From Oopsacas minuta (Eukaryota; Animalia; Porifera), in NCBI GenBank assembly GCA_024704765.1, contig JAKMXF010000110.1:1-64000 (forward strand): a stretch of 64,000 nt of DNA, in the 5' to 3' direction. Each line of letters opens with the position of its first letter. Positions within the stretch are counted from its first letter, which is position 1. The notes under the pieces are model-generated. The model made no database searches. It was not told the DNA's origin and worked only from the letters and a program-made list of their open reading frames with translations. The position numbers were made by a program, and so were the translations under genes. Shown here piece after piece: positions 38,691 through 48,205 of this stretch.

Positions 38691-40712
38691 CTAATCGTCA
38701 GAACATTCCTCATCAGATATTATATCAGGAAGTTCTATATCTTTTGTTGCTGCAAACAGTTCAGTAAGTCCTGTCAAATCCTCAAGGAAAGAAGTTTCAT
38801 TGAAAACCTGCATTAAAAAGTCAAATCCTTCATTCTTGTACTTCTCTATGACAATGCTGGAGCAGCCAGTACATGATGCGAATAGTTCTCCAATCGGCTG
38901 TACAGTTTGGAATCGAGACAGAAACCCTCGTATTTGATGCGGTATAGCACCTAGTATGCATTGTGAGTCTGCCTCCTCTCTCCCATCAGCAGGAGCTCGT
39001 CCCATAAGAGGATGTTGCAGCAGAGATACAGCTAACTCCACTGCGAGAGAAGAAGTGATGTAAGCCATGCCTGGTCTACTCACAGTGCACTGCTGATCTA
39101 GCGTTCTATCTCTAGTTGAGTTGGTAGGAGCTACGATGTCATTACAGAAGTAGCAACCAAGTTTCTCACCAGGAATAACTCTCTTCTCCCTAATGGCCTC
39201 AACTTCATCCACCACCCCACCCCTGACACCATGTCTCATCACTAGATAAGTATCAAACCCCATAGCAGCGTTAATACAAATCTTATTCAAGGCGTAACAT
39301 AGTACAGTAGGTAGCCATCTAGCCTCTCTCGTATCTAGCAGCAGAAATATAATATCATGCTGTTGTACTAAATCCTCCAATTGAGCTACATCAGATTTGA
39401 TAGCTCTTAGCTCTCCCTCACTAACTGGGTGTCCTGGCATAGGTATAGATATATTAAATCCTCTGGAAGATACACCGGGAAATATCCGTTTAAGTGCATC
39501 AGCTGCAGCCTCTGATTTGCACTTCCCCCCATTCAGTGAGTCTTCAAAAGTGAATAAACTTTGTCTTACTGGATTAGAGAATGCTACCTTACCGTTATCA
39601 ACTAATGTTATATGTCGTACACCCCAGCCTAGCAAACATCTAGCTACGTTACAGCCTAGTGTACCAGCTCCTAACAGCAAGCATCTAGCATCTCTCACGA
39701 TATTAAGGTTAAGCTCTGGTACTAGTCTCCAACGCATAAGTTTTAAATTCAAATCTACAGATTGTTCTGATAATCTCTCTGGATTCATTGTAGAACTGAG
39801 ATTGACAGATTTCGGACCTAGCTTCTGTTTGTCGTTACGTTCCCAGCCTGTGCACTTGGGGACCTCGTCCCGCTGACTCAAGTCAGGTAATACAACCTCT
39901 TCTATGTAGAGACTGTGTCCTATGTGTCTCACGCCCTCGTAAGATCTGTCTCTGAGACAGAGAACATCTATACTCTTTCCCTTCCAAATCCGGGCAGCTA
40001 GAATGAGGAGATTCCTCAGCGGCCATCCAGGGTGCTCTTCAGAGGTACACGGATCACAATAGCAGAGTATAGGCATATCTCCCTCTGAATAGAACGTACT
40101 GTGATCTGATAATTTAGCTAAATTGAATTCTCCTGAATTATTCTTGAGTAGAAAAACACCACTGAAATTATGTTGAGGGCGAAAACCATCATAAACATGA
40201 GTGAATTTCTGTATAACCTTCCCATCCCATAATTTCTCTAACATTATACACGATCGTACTGTTATAGGTTCATCTGGCATCAAGGCAGTGAAACCAAACC
40301 AAAAAGTAAAGTTGTGTTTCTTTAGGTCTGCAAAAGCGATCATCAAAAATGAGATCAATAAACTTGGATTATCAATAGCTTTGTTTGATTTTATCGCTTC
40401 CCATTTCTCTACACTTTCCTGTTCCAGCAAACTCTTTTTATCCAGCTGATTGAACTTCTCTACTGTATTAGTATTCATGATATGACCAGGTGCTTTAAAA
40501 TAATTCTGTGGTAATGATGCATCTTCCTCAAACACACTGTAATCTAAAGAAATTCTAGGATTGAATCCGATAGGATCTGAATTGGTGAATGTAGCTGATA
40601 TTGGAATCTTTGATTCATTGAGTTGTATTGTGTCTAGCTTTTTCTGTGAAAATGTATGCCAAAAACTTGAATCAAGACTGCTTGAAAATGGCATAAACTG
40701 TAATATACTCAT
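38691..40712 (-). CDS. ATG7: Autophagy E1-like enzyme ATG7, intronless (673 aa)
   Basis: N-terminal FSSSLDSSFW, VDLNLKLMRWRLVPEL, CLLLGAGTLGCNVARCLLGWG, NPVRQSLF, LGCYFCND, TRDRTLDQQCTV, and catalytic-Cys region CTGCS. Confidence 0.97.
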   Translation of the reverse strand: MSILQFMPFSSSLDSSFWHTFSQKKLDTIQLNESKIPISATFTNSDPIGFNPRISLDYSVFEEDASLPQNYFKAPGHIMNTNTVEKFNQLDKKSLLEQESVEKWEAIKSNKAIDNPSLLISFLMIAFADLKKHNFTFWFGFTALMPDEPITVRSCIMLEKLWDGKVIQKFTHVYDGFRPQHNFSGVFLLKNNSGEFNLAKLSDHSTFYSEGDMPILCYCDPCTSEEHPGWPLRNLLILAARIWKGKSIDVLCLRDRSYEGVRHIGHSLYIEEVVLPDLSQRDEVPKCTGWERNDKQKLGPKSVNLSSTMNPERLSEQSVDLNLKLMRWRLVPELNLNIVRDARCLLLGAGTLGCNVARCLLGWGVRHITLVDNGKVAFSNPVRQSLFTFEDSLNGGKCKSEAAADALKRIFPGVSSRGFNISIPMPGHPVSEGELRAIKSDVAQLEDLVQQHDIIFLLLDTREARWLPTVLCYALNKICINAAMGFDTYLVMRHGVRGGVVDEVEAIREKRVIPGEKLGCYFCNDIVAPTNSTRDRTLDQQCTVSRPGMAYITSSLAVELAVSLLQHPLMGRAPADGREEADSQCILGAIPHQIRGFLSRFQTVQPIGELFASCTGCSSIVIEKYKNEGFDFLMQVFNETSFLEDLTGLTELFAATKDIELPDIISDEECSDD

Positions 40713-42942
40713 TATGTTAGATTGAAGAAGCGAATAACTCTAACCAACAGTACATAATTCCATTAAAATAAGGATAGCTATTCAAAGATTTCTATAACGC
40801 GAAGTCGCACAAATTGAATGAACGTCTGTTATATTTGGCAACAAAGAATGCAGCATATAAACAATGATGATATACAAGTAATACAGGGAGACCTTCTACA
40901 TCTGTCTTTCGTGAATTAAATTCTACAAATCGGCACTACCTGATAAATTACGAAGTATTTATGTTTACCGATCCGATTAGCAGATTAATTGCTGCTTCTA
41001 ACATGGATAAATTATGCAAATTAAGTGTAGGAAAGTCTTATAACATTTCGTAGCAAATAAATCTTATTGATTTCATGCTTGCTACTGCCCCATACATCTT
41101 TCGTTGCCAAGTATGTATTATATAATTATAGTTGTAGTTCGAATTTCGGACAACTCACACAACGAATATATTCCAGATAAAATAATGTAATGCATATAAA
41201 TGAGTTAAACTTAGTAATTGGAAAAGAATTAAATTCTATATGCCTCCAAACTAAATAGTACTTCAATATCAAGTTTAGGGCGTAAGCATTTCTATGGAAT
41301 ATTCAATTCAATTCCTAACTCGAACCAATAGGCTACTCAATATCACACACATCAAATATAATATATAGAAATGAAAGTTATGTTGGACATGATAAATCAC
41401 ATATTAGTTATATTACAGGCGTAATAGCCTCGGACTTGAGCCCATTATTATTCTTGTCCCAACAAATTCTATGTTCCAGATGCTAACAAATTCCAGCATA
41501 TGTACTTCACGTGTGTAATGAAAATTATAGAGTTTACTTATACAGCGATCATCGGTGTCCTATATTAAAACCCCTATTCAACATCTACCGAGGATCGCTA
41601 CATTTCACAGATGAGATCTATAAGTCCAGGGAAAGACACTGACCAGGATTTTGAAAACTGAAAACAAGAAGACATTTCCTGGAACGGAAATTAGGGAAAA
41701 GAGGTCTGATTATTTCTAATGAACTACTGGCGATATGAAATTGCGTGCATGACATGGCTATTGTTTCAAATTCCAACATTATTTGGCTAGCATCTGGATT
41801 GGTGGTCGTTTTCGTTGACAACATCATTATTAATATGGAAATATTAGGTAAAAACTGCAAAACAAGTTCTACTGTACATTCTAACGAAAGTATAAACTAT
41901 GAATTAGGAACTGTTCTGGCCCAAAATAGATCTTACATAATTTGTAATTCTTATACCATAAAATAATTAATAATTTTAATAAATTCTAATTATCTATTGT
42001 CACAATTCTCTGACTAACTACTCGATATGACTGGCACATATTAAATATTATTTATTTAAATTAACCCAGTAATCGCATATGAATAATCTTATCATTATCT
42101 TTGGCGATTCTATGAAAAAATATTAAACAGGATTACTCAATAGATCATAGTTCAAACAAAGTATTGTAAAATTATAAATAATATTAAGTAAGAGGGACAG
42201 GTTTAAAATTAACACAATAATCATAGGACTTTATACGTATAGGGTACGAAGGAAATATTTAGGAAAATGAGATCAGTAATAGTAAGTAAGTAATAATCAA
42301 TATAGACAGTAGCTTTTATAATACTAACTGCAGAAATGCAAGAATGAATCGCCAGAATAAGACCTAATTTGAAGTAGGAATAAGACCTAAAATAATTTTG
42401 AAAGTGCATGCTTACAGTTTGAATCATGGGAATTATAAGAAAAATAGATGCATAATCTATAAATCCCTGTTATTATCCGAATACCGTAAATGGTAATAGT
42501 CTATAATAATAAACAATTCCTGATAAATATTACTAAAATGGCCAGAGCAGAATTAGATAATTTTTCTGATAATTTAATCAAATAATTAGAAATATAGTAA
42601 ACTCTTGCTAACCGGAAATGATATTACAAAATAGCTGTGTAAAAAATTTCCAAATACAGTAAGTAAAAAAATGGCTAAAACATTGTTAGTTTCGAAGTAA
42701 ATATTGTTAGTGGAAATTTCATGATTCGTGTTTAGCAATGATGTGTACCTTGGGGAAAACACGAAATTTGTTTTCAAACTGATCTAGGAAAATGAATTTT
42801 TATTGGACTAGTGTTTAGCTAGCTGTATCTGTTGTAGTATGACTCTTAAGACGCTTGGGAAGCAACTAATTGATATCACATGGCCACTTAATTCGATTTT
42901 GAAGAGGCAGAAACATTTTTGATTGCTCAGTACTTTGCTTAC

Positions 42943-43085
42943 CATAATAGCTGTTCTAGGGTTCCTGGAGGCGCTTCTAAATTTGTGAGTTCTGACAAAT
43001 ACATTCTACAAAATTCAGATCTTAGCTGTTTGTATAATGTATGCGCTTCTTTGCACTCTTTACTACTTCCCAGAGATTCTACCAT
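42943..43085 (-). CDS. Candidate exon, possibly NUP205 N-terminal region
   Basis: Open frame ESLGSSKECKEAHTLYKQLRSEFCRMYLSELTNLEAPPGTLEQLL ends at a strong donor (TG|gtaagc). Weak resemblance to the recalled Nup205 segment KQLRN..ARM..EPP..LEHL. Junctions are not resolved. Confidence 0.4.
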
Positions 43086-44109
43086 GATATTAAGTCATTT
43101 TCCTACTTCGCATATTTCTTTAGGAGAATTTCAACCTTGTTTCTTGGTCATTTACCTAATTTTCAAATTTCTCAGGTCAATTATTTACTCATCAATATGT
43201 TTGTTAATTAGGTAAATTACAGCGTATCGTTCCTGGATATTAGTAACATGCTTACTCATATGCTAGAAATTAAATAAGATTATCTGATTTAAGTAAGGTA
43301 GCAAATCATATAAGTTCCACATCATTATCATGTTAGTAATGTTCGAGGAATCAAGTCTGGAAGCACTAATTAGTAACTAACATCATTTCATGTTTATTAA
43401 TAAAAAAAAGAAGTAATAGACAGAAAGTAAGATTATGTGACAAACAAATTCATGCAATTAGTTGAGGTAGGACAAAACATTTGCAACATAAGTAAATGCT
43501 TACAAATATCAGGTGCTTTCATGTCTGATAGGTATGCCAGCATTACACAAAAACTCCGGAATATGTGGCGAAAGCTATCTAATAGTTCAATCTGACCGTA
43601 GAATTTGTAGTCCAAATGGCAACAATTAACGTTCAGTGTGACGTGCATGTATTCACACTTTTTAAATCTGTTGATAGATATGTCCATTTGTACGCGTATC
43701 TTGCCAACCATAAGCTCACAATACACAATGAGTTGCACCGTGTATGGCAGTTGCATGCAACAAATTTACATCGTGTATGGTAGTCTTAAGAATTTGTAAA
43801 TTGCAACCTGCAAACACATTAGGGGTTCATAAAGTGCAGATAGTAAGACTCAAATTTGTATATGATTATGTTTCCATCTAAAAAGTGTTCATGCAATATA
43901 ACAGCCAGCCCAGAAATTCTTGGATAACACTGAAATACATGTGCCTCCTATAATAGCATACATCAGAGAATTTTTTGTATAATTTCTATGCTTATATGGT
44001 TTAGGCATAAATATATTCTATGAACCGGTCAGATGTAACCGTAGTAAATAGTGTCGTCTCTAAAATGAGCAGGAATAACAGCTAGCAGGAATTGATTTTA
44101 CATACTTAC

Positions 44110-44262
44110 AACTATTCTGGTATTTAGCACTTTAAGTACAGTACGTAGGAATATTTTTTCGGTTTCAATAGTATCAATTAAAGGATCTGAAAGAAATGTG
44201 GAAGTATCAGTGACAAGATTATCCCTTGGATAAAGTCGAATATACACTGAAATCATTGATTC
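44110..44262 (-). CDS. Candidate 153-nt exon (phase 0/0), possibly NUP205 5' region
   Basis: ttatatag|GAA TCA ATG...ATA GTT|gtaagt. Open frame ESMISVYIRLYPRDNLVTDTSTFLSDPLIDTIETEKIFLRTVLKVLNTRIV. Confidence 0.4.
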
Positions 44263-44429
44263 CTATATAATTGAAAATCCAATAATTAACTTAGCATGAT
44301 TAAGATACATCCAATACAAACTGAAAGCATTCAAGAAATTATAGAGTATATATAGATAGAAGGAATAGACTACAAAAAGTAAGAAAAGCAAATTGTCAAA
44401 AAAGAAATATAATAACAATCTTATACAAA

Positions 44430-45449
44430 ATGTGCGAAGAAATCAACACAACAAATCTTGAAATATTATCCACTGACATCCATCAAGATTACAGAATATT
44501 ATGGCACAAACGTTTGGGCAAGGGAGCAACACAAGATCCCATCTACCTAGCTACACACATCAAAACAAGGAAGAGGTTTGCAGTTAAGATGGTACTAGAC
44601 AGTACACAAGCCAGAAGAGAGATCAGTCTACAGAGGAGGTGTCAACACTCCCCACATGTCCTCTCCATTGTAGACGTGTACAGCAATGCAGCTAGTCGCA
44701 TCTCCTCCCAAAGCAGAGAGGAGCAGTATCTGTACATCGTGTTAGAAGTGATGGAAGGAGGCACTCTCTTGAGTCTCCTCGAGAAGTTTAACATCATCAC
44801 AGGAGAGAGTGGTTTGTCGGAAGTTCTTACAGCTGGCTACTTCAGACAGATTCTACTCGCTCTCTCCACTCTCCACCAACAAGGAATCATTCATAGAGAC
44901 CTCAAACCAGACAACATCCTCCTCACACACGACTACTCTATCTACGATCTGGAAGATGAAGAAGTCTGTGCAGACTTCCAACTGCAGTTAGCAGACTTTG
45001 GCTTTGCAGTGGAAGAAGCTGACAGACCCACCAAAGCTATGTACACACCCTACTATGCAGCTCCAGAAGTGCTACTCAATGATCCTCATCTAAATGTTCA
45101 CCACTTACAACATCACTCAGACACTGTTTCTACAACAACAACAACAACAACAACACTGGCCAGTTATGACTCTCGTATCGATCTGTGGTCTCTTGGTGTC
45201 ACTCTCTACATACTACTCTCCAGCACTGCCCCTTTCACCCCAGAGAGTCACACTCGCTCTGGTATAACTCCCAGTATGTATGAGTGTATCGAGAATGGAA
45301 AGTTCTCTTTCTACCATGAGTGCTGGGAAGAAGTGTCTCTAGAAGCCAAAGATCTTATAACTGGCTTGCTACAGGCAGATCCTGACAAGAGACTATCTCT
45401 ACAACAAGTCTTAGAACACCCCTGGCTTAATAATAAAATCGAAATTTAA
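44430..45449 (+). CDS. MAPKAPK5: MAPKAPK5 (MK5/PRAK)-like Ser/Thr kinase, copy A, intronless, no C-terminal regulatory tail
   Basis: YRILWHKRLGKG, FAVKMVLD..ARREI, MEGG, HRDLKPDN, DFGFA, YTPYYAAPE, DLWSLGV, HPWLN. The FTPYY-type P+1 loop is MK5-like. Confidence 0.85.
   Translation: MCEEINTTNLEILSTDIHQDYRILWHKRLGKGATQDPIYLATHIKTRKRFAVKMVLDSTQARREISLQRRCQHSPHVLSIVDVYSNAASRISSQSREEQYLYIVLEVMEGGTLLSLLEKFNIITGESGLSEVLTAGYFRQILLALSTLHQQGIIHRDLKPDNILLTHDYSIYDLEDEEVCADFQLQLADFGFAVEEADRPTKAMYTPYYAAPEVLLNDPHLNVHHLQHHSDTVSTTTTTTTTLASYDSRIDLWSLGVTLYILLSSTAPFTPESHTRSGITPSMYECIENGKFSFYHECWEEVSLEAKDLITGLLQADPDKRLSLQQVLEHPWLNNKIEI
44474..45432. repeat. Left arm of a 959-bp inverted repeat (partner 51190-52148), 3 mismatches
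   Basis: Line-by-line comparison by eye found only TCC/TCT, GTG/GTC and TTG/CTG differences. Confidence 0.95.
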
Positions 45450-46086
45450 TATTATTGTTTAGTCTATACAATTATCGTTTTAACTTCTTTTTACTTAAAT
45501 TGCTTAGTATTTCAATAAAGTCAAATATTTCAATTGTGTATTTAGTTCTATAAAGGAAAAGCTTTATCAATTGATATGTATAATGTCTGGACATGTAACC
45601 CTATATCTTTGGTTTGTAATTTACTTACAAATTTTCTTAGGACCGAACTATATTGGCAGAAACGAATAGAACTAAAGAATTAAAGTTTAATATTAACAAA
45701 TCTAGGAATTTGCGCGAATTTCTATTCGCTTTAACCATTACATTAACATATACCGTATTGCTCCGAATAAGCAAGCCCTGGCGCATAATGGTTTCGTGTA
45801 AATATTTCTTCACTTTTTGAAAATACAAAAGATTTCAGGTAACTAATTGCATAGTAAAATGTGCGTAAAATTCAACAAGGAATTGTTTTAAAATTGGAGA
45901 TAAAGTTTTATTCACAAGTTTTGGGCGTTTTTCTAGCCCAAGGAGCATATTTAGGGAAATATGCTTTTCAATTGGTGGTTGCATTTTAATACATGTCGAT
46001 AAGCCAATAACCCTTTAGCAGTGTGGGGGGTAAAAATCTTTGAAGCTATCTTATTTTTCGGATAGTAGCAAGGACGAATAATATTT

Positions 46087-46157
46087 TTTAGAAACCTTCA
46101 AGGGCGAGCTACCAATCTTGATTCTAGAATGATAGCTCGCCCTTTAAGGTTTCTAAA
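46087..46157. repeat. Hairpin with 25-bp arms (1 mismatch) and a 21-nt loop
   Basis: tttagaaaccttcaagggcgagcta ... tagctcgccctttaaggtttctaaa. Confidence 0.85.
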
Positions 46158-47812
46158 TATATTCTCAAAGGTTAGGGAAGCGCGGACAAATGACAACAAA
46201 TGAACCTTGAGAAAAGAGTGGAGAAGACAACAACAAATATTTAAATAATATAATAAATACAATATAGTATCTATGTATTGTGATTATGTAAAGTACATAG
46301 TTTAGAGCAGCAAAGTTAAACATGCTTGAGTTAAGGAGCCTGATGCAGTGATAAATAACAGATACACTGAGATAGTAAACAGAATATTATTTTAATGAGA
46401 ATGACTAGATTATGATTGGTAGTGGGTATTAGCCACAAGTAGTTTATAGAAATATTAACGCAATATAACTCCTTACAGCTGTAATTATTTCGTACGGGGA
46501 CGAGATATCGCTTATTTAGTCATGATAATCAAATTATCATTGAGTTGGAATAGACAAGGAAGAATAATTATAAAAGAGACTCAAGTCGAAAATAACACAT
46601 CACCGATTTACCAGTATTCAGTACAATATAATCACTGTATAAACGGCTAGCGGTAATATTATCTGAATTGGAATTGTTTCATTTTACATTCTGATGAATT
46701 CTGTGAATAGTATGGACGCAATAGGAAATAGAAATAACTTAATGGCTTCAAAAGTCTAGAAAATCTCTTGCTATCAATCAGTCATTTGCTATCTGTGTTT
46801 GATTAAGTACATGTATAGGAATATACTTGTTTCTCACAATCATCCTTCCAGAAATATTTTATCTGTATTTCAACAAAATTATGGATAATATAATATATTC
46901 TCGGATCAAAGAAAGTGTAATCCATATTTTACTACTTGTATAGTTGAAATATTCAATTTATATTTAGAGAGGGAATATAATGAGACAATCTAAGCATATA
47001 CAAACTAAAAGTATATACCGTCTGCTGTCCCAACTTTCGAGGAAATTACAGATTTATTTTAGGTGGCGAATATCCTACTATACCGCCCGCGGCAATTAAC
47101 ATGATATTTAGAAGATATAATTCAAGAATAATTACGTGTCCTGAATGTGTAATAATAGCACAATCACAATACTCCATGCTCCATTATGGAAAGCTATCCT
47201 ATTTTGAAAAGTGTTACAGTTAGAAGGTCAATGAATAGCGAATTACAGTTGCAAGATAGTAAGTTGTATGAATAGAAGAGTGTGTAGTTAATTTTTATAT
47301 CGTAATTAATGGAAAGGAGTGGTATGAGAAATCAATTCAAATAAATCGTTTATACTACTTGTTAAACCATATGTGATATTAGAGACAAATCTCCAAAGAC
47401 TTGTGATGTGATTTAGGATTGAATTACTGCAGCTTATTCAGTAGTTAACCAATCATTATCAAATAATTCAAATTAGTCTAGCACATATCTCCTCTCGTTG
47501 CATAACTAACCGAATTGAACAAATATACAGTTTAGTTAAACATATACAGTGCATGTGTACTATGTCATATTTTGCTCGTTAACACTTACTAATAACCATA
47601 AGCAAAATTGTAACACAGCAAAACTTCGCAGAAAACGCTTATACGCGAATTAACCAACAAGTCTAATTAGACAAATTCAACAAGAAATTTATTCAACAAC
47701 AGTGAAGTTCAGTCAAAACTGATGAAAGACACCTTTATATCAGTACCAGGTCCTACCCTTGATGCGAGTCAAAAAATTACCGCCTTAGGACCATGCCTCA
47801 ATCTAAATAGTA

Positions 47813-48205
47813 CAGTATATGCCGGATATACGAACACCAGTTGTAAGGACCTTAACTTGAATTACGAAATCTTTCGTATTCTAATCCATGGAATTTTTAC
47901 CGGATATAAGAACATTCCAGCTGGTTATAAGAACATGGCGGATATAAAACTGGAAAACGGTTGCCATACGCCCAACTATAATTTATGTCGGTTATAATAA
48001 CACTCTTAGAATAGTAGTAAAATTGTTTTTTATTACCTGTTTGTTTGTAGAATTGGCATACATTATATAGTATATATGAGAACAGTTTTCCATAATATTG
48101 TTCTCACATCCAAGTCTGGTTATATGAAGTGTTTTATACCAGGCACTCACAATTTACTACATTATGTCCAGTTCCTGACGATGTTCTTATAACCGACATC
48201 CACTC
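47813..48205. mobile_element. Tc1/mariner-like MITE (TA-flanked), degenerate
   Basis: ta|cagtatatgccggatatacgaaca ... tgttcttataaccgacatccactc|ta, with internal ggatataagaaca / ggttataagaaca repeats. Confidence 0.6.

Noticed and set aside
43433-43756. 107-aa minus-strand ORF as the NUP205 exon upstream of 43085
   Set aside because: Its strong phase-1 donor leaves a T that would form a stop with the available acceptors, so no consistent join was found. Left unresolved.
47722-47997. 91-aa plus-strand ORF
   Set aside because: It overlaps the TA-flanked MITE 47813-48205 and has no domain signature.
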